64,000 nt of DNA, taken from assembly GCA_963769935.1 (NCBI GenBank), contig CAVYNY010000014.1:32001-96000 (forward strand), given 5' to 3'. The DNA comes from an uncultured delta proteobacterium (GTDB lineage Bacteria > Desulfobacterota > Desulfobacteria > Desulfobacterales > JAFDCJ01). The notes beneath the pieces are model-generated. The model was not told where the DNA came from. It was given only the letters and a program-made list of their open reading frames with translations, and did not search any database. Position 1 is the stretch's first letter, and each line of letters starts with the position of its first letter. Shown in pieces: positions 49,099 to 59,641 of this stretch. Position numbers and translations under genes: made by a program.

Positions 49099-49695
49099 TT
49101 ACACAACCAGAGGGTAAACTTTATTCAAAAAATAAGCGCAGTCATCACAAAATTGTATGCCTCTTCCGTCTACAATAATTTTGACATACCCTTTGGATCC
49201 AAATTTATTATATTCGCCTCTGCTCATCGGGCATAACAATCCATCCCGTGCTATTTTATAGGAATAATGATCCGTAAGGCCGAAATTATGCCCAACTTCA
49301 TGCAGCGATACTTTCAGCGTCCTGTCGATAAAGAGGTCATACTCCATGTCGGAGGTCATAGTTTGGGGAGTAAGTTTCTTCGTGGAAACAATCGCTACAT
49401 TGTTTTTAGGATTTTTACCACCAAAAATAGAATTGTAAAACTCGTCCTTATCCTTTGTTTTTAAATCCGCATCGGTAATTCCTAAAGTATGTCCCCCGTA
49501 TTCTTCGTGAAGGATCATCGTCAAAAGCTGTGCATCAATGCTTTCAACAACGGGGGAATCATAATGAGTTAGGTCAATATCCTTGATTATGCCGCTAAAT
49601 GAATCCAGTATTCCGGCCCCTATTTTTTTAAGGCTGCTGTAAGTTATATAGCTGCCGATACGCACAATTTTTAATTTGGATCCGATTCTTAGCAT
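49099..49695 (-). CDS. Archaemetzincin-like zinc metalloprotease
   Basis: 'GITDADL', 'HEVGHNFGLTDH', Met-turn 'CPM', C-terminal 'FCDDC'. Confidence 0.8.
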   Translation of the reverse strand: MLRIGSKLKIVRIGSYITYSSLKKIGAGILDSFSGIIKDIDLTHYDSPVVESIDAQLLTMILHEEYGGHTLGITDADLKTKDKDEFYNSIFGGKNPKNNVAIVSTKKLTPQTMTSDMEYDLFIDRTLKVSLHEVGHNFGLTDHYSYKIARDGLLCPMSRGEYNKFGSKGYVKIIVDGRGIQFCDDCAYFLNKVYPLVV

Positions 49696-49784
49696 AATAT
49701 AAATATATTAGAACTATCAGGAGCTGTCAAACCGCATCACTGTATTAAAATTTAAAATCGAACTGGTAAATGTCAATAAAATCA

Positions 49785-49800
49785 TGCAAAAAACATGCCT
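49785..49800 (-). promoter_or_regulatory. sigma54-like promoter
   Basis: Minus strand reads AGGCATGTTTTTTGCA, 90 nt upstream of the 49695 start. Confidence 0.55.
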
Positions 49801-50071
49801 GTATAGCCAGATAAATATTTGTTGTATTTTTTAGAGGTTAGTGGGAAAATCTCACGCGGCTGTCAAGAACGGTACCGCTGTTCGTCAAAGTTTGGACCCC
49901 AGGTCGTCAAATTCATGCAAAATGGGACCGCTCCGGCGGCAAGACCATTTGAACCGGTTTAAAAAATTCAGGTCTTCGTCAATGCCGGCGGCACCCAACC
50001 TCGGATGGCGAAATATAGGTCTTGAAATCAAATGCGATTCGATCTATTTTCAAATCTGAATGGAGGTCAAT

Positions 50072-50374
50072 ATGGCCGTCAAGATACTGATAAGAAGGCA
50101 TTTTAAGGAAGATGGTGCTGAACGGGCGATGGCCCTGCTCAACAATTTTCGCCGGGATGCCGTGCATCAGCCGGGATACATTTCAGGCGAAACCTGGCGC
50201 AACCATTATGATCCGCGCAGCATAACGGTCGTCTCCACCTGGCAGTCCGTCGACGATTGGATCCGCTGGGAGGAAAGTGAAGCAAGAGCGGCCCACGAAG
50301 CAAAACTGGAGGGTCTGCTGGAGCAATCCGCGAAATTTGAAGTATATGACCTCGGCGCGGTGTCCGAAAGGTAA
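50072..50374 (+). CDS. Antibiotic-biosynthesis-monooxygenase (ABM) family protein
   Basis: 'QPGYISGET', 'VVSTWQSVDDW..W..S..R'; GGAGG RBS. Confidence 0.88.
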   Translation: MAVKILIRRHFKEDGAERAMALLNNFRRDAVHQPGYISGETWRNHYDPRSITVVSTWQSVDDWIRWEESEARAAHEAKLEGLLEQSAKFEVYDLGAVSER

Positions 50375-50436
50375 ATTTTGTCCAACAAGATCTAAACTTT
50401 GAAAATGACAACTTCAAACAGAGGCGGCCTCGTGAG

Positions 50437-51201
50437 ATGTGCAGATTACTGGGAATATACGGTATCGTCGATAACTGGCGGGAAATTGTCATGGCTTTCA
50501 GCCGGCAGGCCGAGACCGGCAATCTTCCCCGGGGCAGCCAAACCGACCCCGGCCATAAAGACGGTTGGGGCATAGCGATTGCCAACCGCAGGCAAACCGC
50601 CATGGTTTCCCTGGTACGTCAGCTGGGTTCCGCGTACGGTTCACCAGGCTACCGCGAAGCCGTGTACGCGCTGCCGGAGCAGCCCGGGATTTTTCTGTGC
50701 CATTTGCGCAAAGCCAGCGACACGATTCCGATTACGCTGTCCAACGTGCACCCGTTTGTACACAATGGCTGGAGCTTTATCCACAATGGAACTGTATACC
50801 AGGCCCAAACCCTTCCCAGGGACCCGCAGCTGGTATTCACTTCGGATGATTCGGACACCGAACATCTTTTTCATTATCTGCTGACTATTATTAAACACCG
50901 TCCCGCCGACAAAACGTTAACCGAAGCCATTGCCGATGCCGTAACGTCATTGAAGCTTGATTACACCGCCGTGAATCTGATGTTGAGCAATGGCCGGGAT
51001 CTATATGTGCTCCGAAACTTCAAACAACATGCCGATTACTACACCCTGTATTATTACAAGCTGGCCGGCGGATTTATCATTTGCTCGCAGCCGATTGAAC
51101 TGCAATGTCTCACCCCGGACCAATGGACTTTAATTGCCAACGGCTCGCTTTTAAAATTTCACGGCAGCCCCCCTCAGATCGAGGAAAATCAAATATTGTA
51201 A
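50437..51201 (+). CDS. Class II glutamine amidotransferase (EgtC/YafJ-like Ntn hydrolase)
   Basis: N-terminal MCRLLG; 'HKDGWG', 'HLRKAS', 'HPF', 'HNG'. Confidence 0.92.
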   Translation: MCRLLGIYGIVDNWREIVMAFSRQAETGNLPRGSQTDPGHKDGWGIAIANRRQTAMVSLVRQLGSAYGSPGYREAVYALPEQPGIFLCHLRKASDTIPITLSNVHPFVHNGWSFIHNGTVYQAQTLPRDPQLVFTSDDSDTEHLFHYLLTIIKHRPADKTLTEAIADAVTSLKLDYTAVNLMLSNGRDLYVLRNFKQHADYYTLYYYKLAGGFIICSQPIELQCLTPDQWTLIANGSLLKFHGSPPQIEENQIL

Positions 51202-51232
51202 AGATGTCGGCAGCAACACCGAAAGGACGATC

Positions 51233-52576
51233 ATGCAACAAGCACTCAAGCAAACGCTGAAGCATGCGGGTGTTAAATTCGTTCGTATTTTATGGTGCGA
51301 CAACGCCAATGTGATTCGTGCCAAGGCCGTCCATGTCGATTACCTGGAAGACCTCATCGACAACGGGGTGGGCATTACGATGGCCCAAATGGCCCTGCCG
51401 GTTATGTATGACAGTGTGGTTGCCGAAACCGGTCTCGGACCGGTCGGGGAAGCACGCCTGATGCCCGACTGGTCCACGCTGACATTTCCGCCCTATGCCG
51501 CCGGCCAGGCGCAGGTTTTAAGCGACATGGTTATCAGCGAAACCGGCCAGGTGTGGGAACACTGCCCGCGGGGTTTTCTCAGACGACAGACCCGGCGCCT
51601 TCAACAAGAGGGGTTGACGCTTCAGGCGGTTTTTGAAAATGAATTTTTTCTGTTGTACAGAAATGCCGCCGGGATTCTGACACCGGCCGACAATACGGTC
51701 TTTTCCGCCACCGGCTCGATGAATCTTCACCGGGTATTTATCAACGATCTCACCGATGCCCTGATTGCCCAGGGTCTCGAAGTCGAAGGCTATTATCCGG
51801 AGTCCGGCCCCGGCCAGCAGGAAGTCAACATACGCTATGCCGAAGCTGCCCGGGCAGCCGACCGCCAGATTGTCTTTCGTGAGGCGGTCCGGGGCGTGGC
51901 CACGCAGCACGGACTGATCGCATCTTTTTTACCCAAGATCCTGGATGACAAAGCCGGCTCCGGATGTCACCTCAATTTCAGCCTCTGGCGCCATGACCAA
52001 AACATCAGCGGTGATCCGCAGCAGGCCACCGGTATCAGCACGGAAGCGGCGGCTTTCATCAGCGGAGTTTTGGAGCACCTGCCCGCCCTGGCCGCCCTCA
52101 CCATTCCCAGCAAAAATTCCTATCGGCGCATCCGGCCGCATTATTGGGCAGGCGCCTTCAGAGCCTGGGGCCATCAGAACCGTGAGGCCGCTGTTCGCGT
52201 GTGTAAAAACAAAACCGGTACCGAAGCCAGGCGCTTTGAATTAAAGACCGTCGATGCCACTTCCAACCCCTATATAGCCCTGGGTGCCTTTATCGCTGCC
52301 GGCCTCGACGGACTGCAGCGCAATCTGGCCCTTCCGGAAGAAACCGCTGTAGATCCCGGATTGATTGCTGAGAATCAACGCCTTGCCAAAGGAATCGATC
52401 TGCTGCCCCAGAATCTGGGACAGGCCCTCGATGCCCTTCGCAAGGATAATCTCCTGCGCGAGGCAATGGGTGAACAACTTGCAGGTTCCTACATGGCAGT
52501 GCGCCGAAATGAATGGGAAAATCTCAAGGACTTGACATTAGAAGAAGAGGTGGCGCTTCTGGCAGAGCGGTATTAG
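51233..52576 (+). CDS. Glutamine synthetase-like gamma-glutamyl ligase (FluG/NodGS-like)
   Basis: 'ENEFFL', 'ESGPGQQE', 'AGSGCHLNFS', 'NSYRR', 'WG.QNREA', 'NPYIA'. Confidence 0.9.
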   Translation: MQQALKQTLKHAGVKFVRILWCDNANVIRAKAVHVDYLEDLIDNGVGITMAQMALPVMYDSVVAETGLGPVGEARLMPDWSTLTFPPYAAGQAQVLSDMVISETGQVWEHCPRGFLRRQTRRLQQEGLTLQAVFENEFFLLYRNAAGILTPADNTVFSATGSMNLHRVFINDLTDALIAQGLEVEGYYPESGPGQQEVNIRYAEAARAADRQIVFREAVRGVATQHGLIASFLPKILDDKAGSGCHLNFSLWRHDQNISGDPQQATGISTEAAAFISGVLEHLPALAALTIPSKNSYRRIRPHYWAGAFRAWGHQNREAAVRVCKNKTGTEARRFELKTVDATSNPYIALGAFIAAGLDGLQRNLALPEETAVDPGLIAENQRLAKGIDLLPQNLGQALDALRKDNLLREAMGEQLAGSYMAVRRNEWENLKDLTLEEEVALLAERY

Positions 52577-52660
52577 GTGGATATCAGTTGGTTGTTGTCA
52601 GTTGTCTGTTGTAGATTGTAAAGGAAAAACGTGCCGGCCAAATTCATACTTTATTATTGT

Positions 52661-55045
52661 TCATAGATGCGAACTTTTTTCTTTGCCAAGAGCCGGTGCC
52701 GACGGAAAATAAAGCGAAAAAGTAGTGGCGGCCGCCTGGTGACAGCCGGCGCCGCGATTGCATCGAGGGCACATGCTGATTCGGCCGGGACAGACGTCAC
52801 TGTCCTGCGGCAGAGACGAACAGCGCTTTGATTCCAGTTGGATCTGAAAATTATAGCGCTCCGCGAAGATCTTCATACGCAGCAGATCTGCTCCTTTTCC
52901 CCCGGCATTGAAGTCAAACGGCTTTTTGCTGGCATAGTCCATGGTCGCCCGGTTGGTAAAAAAACCCTCAAAAATGCGAATCTGATTCTCCGGTGTAATG
53001 CCGACGCCGAAATCACGCACCTGCAGCAGCGTCCCTTCCCCCTTTTCCGTCACATTGATTTCCACCCGGCCTTCATCCGGCGTATTTTCAACGGCGTTTT
53101 TCACCAGCCCGTCGATAATTTTGGCCAGCGCTTCCGGCGGCATCAATATGGGCGGCACCGGGTTTAAGCGGTCGACGAGCTCGACCTCGCGGTGGGCAAA
53201 GGCCCGCTTCAGGCATTCCAACCGCCGGCGGACGAACGTATCAAGCCGTATTGATTCAACAGCCGCATCTTTGGCACCATAGGTGTCATCGATATATTTT
53301 CGAATATGCCGCACGATCGAACCTTCCCCGAGCTGCTCGGCCAACAGGGCTTCCAGCTCATCACTGCACAAATCCACCAGATGCGACAGGATGGTTCGGG
53401 TCTTATAGGTTTTGTGCTGGATGATGTCATAGATCTGATACTGCATTTCCAGCAAACGGTCGAGATTGCGACGGGCTCGATCGATGGTCGGCTGCCAGCT
53501 TTCCTGCGGCAGAAATTGAAGTTTTTTCTCCAGCGTCACCAGAGACGTTCGCAGAACGGCGATCGGCGTTTTTAATTCATGCGACAGATGATTGATGACC
53601 TTGTCTTTGGCGCGATTCAGGCTGGACACTTCCAGGTAGGCGCTTTTTAGTTCCCCTGAAAACCTCGCATTTTCTATGGAAAGTACCACGGTTCCTGCCA
53701 GCATGCTCAAAAGATCGACATCGGTCTGGTCAAAGCCGCCTTCTTTCTTGTTGACGGCGCATAAGGTGCCGATAATTCGCTCCTGACTTCTCAGGGGCAC
53801 CAGCAGCAGATTGCGGGTTTGATAGCCCAGCTTTTTATCGCGTTCGATATGAATTTCGGAGTCACCGGAGATGTCGTTCATGATGATGGGCTTGCCTGTC
53901 TTGATTACCTTGCCCGCCACAAGCTCATCGACTTGAAAACGAGCCTCCTTGGCCCTCTGCTGAGTGGCCGTATCGTCATAGGCGGCCCCGCGTAAAAAAA
54001 GCTCCTGTCGCTGTTCATCCAGCAGGATGACGACCCCGCCCTCGGTTTCCATCAATTCCTTGATCACACTGCTCACATAATCCAGCAGTTCATAAAGTTC
54101 CGGATATTCAGGCAGGGCCAGGCTGATGCGAAGCATGGCCTCATTGTTTCGAGCCATACGCTTAACACGGGTGATATCTCTGAGAATCACCAGCACACCG
54201 GCCGGCTGCCCCGCTGCATCTGAAATCACCGAAGCTCGCCAGACCACATCCAAACAGCGTCCGTCTTTGGCAAGCCGGCGCGTTTCATAGCGGCGAATGA
54301 CTTTTTCCTCGAAAAGCTTGTGAAGATGTTCACGGGTTTCGGCCTCCAGGTCAGGCGGCACATAAGGAACCCGCCGGCCGTGCAATTCTTCCAGCGTCCA
54401 GCCGAAGGTTTCGGTAAAAGCCGGATTCAGATAGGAAACCAGACCATCTACGGTGAACACGAGTATCGAATACGGTGCGAAATCAAGCAACGTACGCGAA
54501 CGCTGCTCGGATTTTAAGCGGGCCGCCTCGGCGCGTCGGCGTCCGGTGGTGTCCTGCAGCGTTTCCAAAGCACCGAGTACCTTTCCTGCCGAATCCGTTA
54601 AGGGGGCCGCTGTAAAAAACAGCCAGCGGCCGCCGTCACCGATATCCGGGAAAAAGTCTTCCGCCTCATAGGCCCCATTCTTGACAGCCGATGGGCGGTA
54701 CTTGCCACGGTAGTACTGCGCAATCTCCTCCTCGGGTGCGCCGTCCACGATCAGATCGGCCATGGTGGGCCTGGCGGCGCCATAAAATGCCTTCCAGGCG
54801 TCCCGGGTGCCGATGATTTCATCACAGGCGATACCGGTCAAATTCTCCAAAGCCGGGTTGTAGTGCGTGACGATATGGTCGTTGTCAAGGACGAAAACGG
54901 GAATCGGAAAACATGCAATAATTTGACTCAGCCGCTCCTGAAGCCCCCGCAGGGCGTTTTCTCTTTGCCGGTGTCCGCTGATTTGTTTTTGCAGGGCGTC
55001 GATTTTTTTTTGCAGCGCTTCATCATATGATGGCCTTTGAGCCAT
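52661..55045 (-). CDS. PAS-PAS-GAF sensor histidine kinase
   Basis: Two PAS domains; GAF 'LLVPL...IG.L.AVNKK..FDQTD'; H-box 'SHELKTP'; 'NAVENTP'; 'DFGVGI'. Confidence 0.92.
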   Translation of the reverse strand: MAQRPSYDEALQKKIDALQKQISGHRQRENALRGLQERLSQIIACFPIPVFVLDNDHIVTHYNPALENLTGIACDEIIGTRDAWKAFYGAARPTMADLIVDGAPEEEIAQYYRGKYRPSAVKNGAYEAEDFFPDIGDGGRWLFFTAAPLTDSAGKVLGALETLQDTTGRRRAEAARLKSEQRSRTLLDFAPYSILVFTVDGLVSYLNPAFTETFGWTLEELHGRRVPYVPPDLEAETREHLHKLFEEKVIRRYETRRLAKDGRCLDVVWRASVISDAAGQPAGVLVILRDITRVKRMARNNEAMLRISLALPEYPELYELLDYVSSVIKELMETEGGVVILLDEQRQELFLRGAAYDDTATQQRAKEARFQVDELVAGKVIKTGKPIIMNDISGDSEIHIERDKKLGYQTRNLLLVPLRSQERIIGTLCAVNKKEGGFDQTDVDLLSMLAGTVVLSIENARFSGELKSAYLEVSSLNRAKDKVINHLSHELKTPIAVLRTSLVTLEKKLQFLPQESWQPTIDRARRNLDRLLEMQYQIYDIIQHKTYKTRTILSHLVDLCSDELEALLAEQLGEGSIVRHIRKYIDDTYGAKDAAVESIRLDTFVRRRLECLKRAFAHREVELVDRLNPVPPILMPPEALAKIIDGLVKNAVENTPDEGRVEINVTEKGEGTLLQVRDFGVGITPENQIRIFEGFFTNRATMDYASKKPFDFNAGGKGADLLRMKIFAERYNFQIQLESKRCSSLPQDSDVCPGRISMCPRCNRGAGCHQAAATTFSLYFPSAPALGKEKSSHL

Positions 55046-55170
55046 ACCCGAGAACCTCCTGCGGGGTGTTTTGGATTAAATTCACAAGAGCCGAAGTCGT
55101 TTAAACAGTATTCCATTTTTCCGTGGGAAGCTTCGCCTGATCGGAACAGCAAACCGCATAGGCTAAGCAC

Positions 55171-56544
55171 TTATCGACCCAACTCTTCTAAAATCATACC
55201 ATAGGCCTTCAGCCCCCGCTTAAAACTGCTGATCCGAAAGAACTCATCCGGCGCGTGCAGATTTTCATCTTCGAGACCAAAGGCAAAATTCACCATATAG
55301 GCATCCAGGGATTTCAAAAACAAGCCGGACACCGGAATGGTGCCTCCCGTTCGGGCAATATAGGGTTCTTTTCCATACAGCTCTTTTAAGACGATCCGGG
55401 CCGCCTGGTTGCCGGGGTGATCGAATGCAATCAGGAAGGGATCGGCAGAGCCGGCCAGCTTTTCTACGGCGGCGGTCGTACCGGCCGGCACATGTTTGGC
55501 CACATGAGCACGAATTAATTCGAATATTTTACCCGGCTTCTGATCGGGCACGAGGCGGCAGGTAATTTTGGCATGCGCTTTAGCCGGGATAACGGTCTTG
55601 ATGCCTTCGCCCTGAAAGCCGCCCCAAATGCCGTTCACTTCCAGTGTGGGACGCACCCAGGCCCGTTCATAAGTCGAATAACCGGCTTCGCCAAACAGCT
55701 GGGTCACCCCTATCTCCCGCATGTACTGCGCTTCATCATACGGAATAGCGGCGATCTGAGCCCTTTCTGAATCCGTAAGCTCACGCACCGCATCATAAAA
55801 ACCTTCGACTAAAATGTCCCCCTGGGGGCTGCGCATTGAAGCGATGAGACGCGCCAGGGCGTGGATGGGATTTTGAAATGTACCGCCGTAGGTGCCGGAG
55901 TGAACATCCTGCGCGGCGCTTTGCAGATCGATTTGCAGGGCGCACAGTCCTCTGCGTCCGATATTCAAGGCGGGCTGATCTTCCTCCCACTGCCCGCCGT
56001 CGGCGCTGAGCACCATGTCGCAGGCCAGCAGATCCTTATGCGAGGCAATAAAATCGGGCATCTGCGGACTGCCGATCTCCTCCTGGCCTTCAAAAAAGAA
56101 TTTGACGTTTACGGGCAGACGGCCGCCGGTCTTCAGCATGGCTTCGGCGGCCAGGATCGGTATGAGCATATTGCCTTTATCATCGGACGCCCCCCGGGCA
56201 TAGATGCGATCATCCCTGATCACGGGCGCAAACGGCGGTTGGGTCCACAGTTCCAGCGGGTCCACCGGCTGGGTGTCGAAATGGCCGTAGATTAGAACAG
56301 TGGGTTTATCAGACGCCTGGAGCCGCTGACCGTAAACGACGGGGTGGCCTTCAGTGGGTAGAATCCGAACCTCTTCCAGGCCGGCTGTCTTCATGCGCTC
56401 GGCTACCCACCCGGCTGCCCGTTTGACGTCGGCGGCATGTTCGGGTAAGCTGGAAATGCTGGGGATACGAAGAAAATCGAAAAGTTCATCCAAATAGCGG
56501 GAAGTGTTGTCTGCCAGATACGCTTGCCAGTCGGTCATGGTCAT
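55171..56544 (-). CDS. M20-family dipeptidase
   Basis: 'YGHFDTQP', 'ARGASDDKG', 'EGQEEIGS', 'HAPDE'; AAGGAGG RBS. Confidence 0.95.
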   Translation of the reverse strand: MTMTDWQAYLADNTSRYLDELFDFLRIPSISSLPEHAADVKRAAGWVAERMKTAGLEEVRILPTEGHPVVYGQRLQASDKPTVLIYGHFDTQPVDPLELWTQPPFAPVIRDDRIYARGASDDKGNMLIPILAAEAMLKTGGRLPVNVKFFFEGQEEIGSPQMPDFIASHKDLLACDMVLSADGGQWEEDQPALNIGRRGLCALQIDLQSAAQDVHSGTYGGTFQNPIHALARLIASMRSPQGDILVEGFYDAVRELTDSERAQIAAIPYDEAQYMREIGVTQLFGEAGYSTYERAWVRPTLEVNGIWGGFQGEGIKTVIPAKAHAKITCRLVPDQKPGKIFELIRAHVAKHVPAGTTAAVEKLAGSADPFLIAFDHPGNQAARIVLKELYGKEPYIARTGGTIPVSGLFLKSLDAYMVNFAFGLEDENLHAPDEFFRISSFKRGLKAYGMILEELGR

Positions 56545-56635
56545 GTCCTCCTTTAGTTGAAATCCAAATTTACATCGGTGATTCAGGCCCCGAACTTTTA
56601 CAATATAATCCCGATTTATAAATAGTAAAACGAAA

Positions 56636-56663
56636 AAAGGCAGCGCCGGATGGCGCTGCCTTT
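56636..56663. terminator. Intrinsic terminator downstream of the FG-GAP/PKD gene
   Basis: AAAGGCAGCGCC-GGAT-GGCGCTGCCTTT with A- and T-runs. Confidence 0.8.
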
Positions 56664-56782
56664 CTTCTTTCAAAAAGTGATCGCTGAAAGTCTACCGTCT
56701 TAATCGTGCCGCGGCATTAGCCTGACGGCTCCATGCTGTATTTAATGCCGGTTATCTTCGCTTGGCACGGCATTTGACGTTT

Positions 56783-58690
56783 CTAGAATTTTCCCTGGTG
56801 AAAACTATTCGTTAAAAAGCCCCATCGCCTGAACTTCTCGCAAGCCTTGATTGACCCTGCGCCCGCGAAGTCGGCCAGGCCGCCATTCACAAAGATCTTG
56901 CCCTCCACGGCTAAGACGGCGTTATCATTGGGACCGCCGATGGCTTGGACGACGGCCTGCCGGTTAAATTTTACGGCAGCCACATTCATGCGGTGCCAAA
57001 TTTTGCGCCAGAGTTTGGCCAGAAAGGTATGCCGGTATTCCTGCGATGCCTCCTTTATATCAGAAGTGCCGATGCCGAGAGTGATGCTGTCGCGCGCGAT
57101 CCGGGCAGCTTCCATGCCGTCCGGCACCTTGATGGTCGCCAGAACCCATTTATCCCTGCTCTTCAGATCCAGCGGATTGGGAGAGAATTTGACCGTGACC
57201 GGCACCGGCACAACCTTAAACGTGGTCGAAACACTGGTAAAGGCTCCTTTATCATCCGTAACCGTTAAACTCACAGTATAGTCGTTCGCGTCATAATAAG
57301 TGCGGTCAAAACTGCCATCGGAAGAGGTTTGATCGCCGAAGTCCCACAAATAGGTGGCAATCGATGCATCCGCATCGGGATCGCTGGAATCCGTTCCGAC
57401 AAATTCAACTTTTTGGCCGGCCATGACTTGCGGAGGGTTGCTGACGACTTCCTGGCCCGCGACCATAATTTTGATCACGGCAACCGGCGGTTGGTTCGGT
57501 TCGTAAGGCGGGGCAGCCACGGCCAAAAGGCTCGACTTGGACTCGCACGGATAAATATCGGCCTGACCGTCCTGATTCAAATCCGCAACGGTGAATCCCT
57601 TTTGGCCGTCCCCCAGGTCGGCACCGCCTAACAACACGGCAACCCCTTTGCCGGACTCTGTCGCGGCTCCGGGTCCGTAACCGGCTACAACCAGGTCCTG
57701 CCAGCCATCGCCGTTAAAGTCAAAGTTGTCAATAGCCGGCTGGGTGGAAAATTCAAACCCGGCAAATACGGCCGGCTCAGATTCAAAATCTACGGGAGGA
57801 ACTGCTCCCTCGGGAGAGACTGCTCCCTCGGCGGGGGCTTTCCCCTTATAAACATACAGAGAATCTTCGTTGACCGCCGCGAAGTCCACCAGACCGTCAC
57901 GGTCAAAATCGGCCGCGGCGACGCCGGACACCGCCTCCCCGTCAGCGGGGTTAAAGGTATAGGTTACGAAATTGCCTGTACCGTCGCCTAAATAAAAATA
58001 ATACTTATCCGGCGAATTGCCGGGGGCGACAATAAAATCGGCGTGCCCGTCGTTGTTGAAATCGGCCGTATCGACACCGAATGAATTCGCAGGTTTGCCG
58101 GAAGTTAGCGTGACACTCGTAAATTCCAGCGGAATGTTGATGGTGTTGGTCGTGGTGTTGCTCAGATACACCATCATCACCGCACTTTTGAGCGGGGCCA
58201 TGACAAAATCGGCAATGCCGTCCTCATTGAAATCGGCAGCCGCCATGCCGCCGGCATAGCATTTCTCTCCCTCCAGTCCGGCCCATGTCGCTACGGATAC
58301 CGGATCTGCAAACTGATACTTATATTTGACGGAATCGCCTTGGCCCTCATTGACGGCGATTTTGCCCTCATTGAGGGAGATGTAAATGCTCCCGGTTTTA
58401 AAGCCTAATCCCGTAACGTAATCCAGGTCGCCGTCTTTATCGAAATCGCCGAGTGCATTCCCATAGCTGTTTTTATAAGGCAGCGAAATATCCGTGTTCC
58501 CGGTCAGCTGCAGGACCTGCGGCGAATCGAATTCACCATTGCCCTGGCTGACCAGGTAAAAGGCATCACCCGGATTAGAATTTGAGACGACGGCAAACAC
58601 CCCATCGCCGGCCAAGGCCGAAGCCGCCAGTGACACCGCAAAAACCATACCCACCAGGATACTCAATACACCCCAGGATTTTGGTCTCAT
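56783..58690 (-). CDS. Secreted FG-GAP/VCBS-repeat and PKD-domain protein
   Basis: Signal peptide; repeated DF(N/D)xDGxxD motifs; PKD motifs 'YLWDFGD' and 'LTVTDDKG'. Confidence 0.92.
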   Translation of the reverse strand: MRPKSWGVLSILVGMVFAVSLAASALAGDGVFAVVSNSNPGDAFYLVSQGNGEFDSPQVLQLTGNTDISLPYKNSYGNALGDFDKDGDLDYVTGLGFKTGSIYISLNEGKIAVNEGQGDSVKYKYQFADPVSVATWAGLEGEKCYAGGMAAADFNEDGIADFVMAPLKSAVMMVYLSNTTTNTINIPLEFTSVTLTSGKPANSFGVDTADFNNDGHADFIVAPGNSPDKYYFYLGDGTGNFVTYTFNPADGEAVSGVAAADFDRDGLVDFAAVNEDSLYVYKGKAPAEGAVSPEGAVPPVDFESEPAVFAGFEFSTQPAIDNFDFNGDGWQDLVVAGYGPGAATESGKGVAVLLGGADLGDGQKGFTVADLNQDGQADIYPCESKSSLLAVAAPPYEPNQPPVAVIKIMVAGQEVVSNPPQVMAGQKVEFVGTDSSDPDADASIATYLWDFGDQTSSDGSFDRTYYDANDYTVSLTVTDDKGAFTSVSTTFKVVPVPVTVKFSPNPLDLKSRDKWVLATIKVPDGMEAARIARDSITLGIGTSDIKEASQEYRHTFLAKLWRKIWHRMNVAAVKFNRQAVVQAIGGPNDNAVLAVEGKIFVNGGLADFAGAGSIKACEKFRRWGFLTNSFHQGKF

Positions 58691-59199
58691 TTTTTCCCAT
58701 CCTTTTTTAATGAGTTAGTGTTAACCTCCATCCCCGGATGCTGCCTACCCCCTTTTAAAATCAGCAGGCATCAACGGAAATCATTCCATCACAAATAAAT
58801 TTGGCACCCCCCCATTTATGGTGTACTGTCCGGCTTTCCCCCTCAAGAATTCCGGACCGGGCTGTTTTTTGATCAGTCTTGTAAAACAACCCTGCCTGGG
58901 CATTTTGCAACATCCATTCCAACTTAAAGATTTAAAATTTTTCGCTGATTTTTGGTAATAATTCAAGCCCCTTGTGTCGGGGTCGCCGCCAGGATGACGG
59001 TCTTACCAAGCCCGGGAGGTGCCAATTATTGTCAGTTCAAGTAACATTTTGCGTTCACAGCGGCCGGCGCACAGCCGCGAGACAAACGTATTGTGGTTGA
59101 CTTCAAAAATGAGGGTGTGTTAAAAAATTGGGCGTTCAAAGGTCCGCTGAAATGCCGATGAAAAAATTGGGAGCCCAGTAAGGAGAAAAATACCACCTC

Positions 59200-59559
59200 A
59201 TGACAGCTAACGAAAGAACGCGGTATTCACCATTTGATGAGGCCTGCCGGTATATCTTGTATGAAAATCCCGAGGCCATCGGGGTTGCTTATAAAGTATT
59301 GAACTGCGGCTGTGCCTTGATTTGCTGCGCGTCGGTCGGAGGCGATCCGATTGGCAGCCTGCAGCATGTTTCCGGTCAATCGGTGAAAAAAGGCAAAAAA
59401 TCGCCCATTTGTCTGAAATGCCGCCAGGACAATGGATTCGACCGGGTGGTCTGGGAGGGCATATACTGGCCCGGTTCACAAAGTGAATGGCCGGATAAAG
59501 ACTTAAGAATATCAATCGGCCGGAAAGTTTTCGGCCCCGGTTATATGGAGCCTGACTAG
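59200..59559 (+). CDS. Hypothetical Cys-rich protein, possibly zinc-binding
   Basis: AAGGAG upstream; 'LNCGC' and 'CLKC' motifs. Confidence 0.75.
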   Translation: MTANERTRYSPFDEACRYILYENPEAIGVAYKVLNCGCALICCASVGGDPIGSLQHVSGQSVKKGKKSPICLKCRQDNGFDRVVWEGIYWPGSQSEWPDKDLRISIGRKVFGPGYMEPD

Positions 59560-59641
59560 AAAAGCAGGCCTGCCGGCACCGGTTGAAACCAGAGTTTCCG
59601 AGTTAAACCCATCTGGTGTAAACAAAGGCCTTATTGTTTTT

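Noticed and set aside
59010..59026. sigma54-like site upstream of the FG-GAP gene
   Set aside because: Has GG-N10-GC but lacks the TTGC -12 element and lies over 300 nt from the start.
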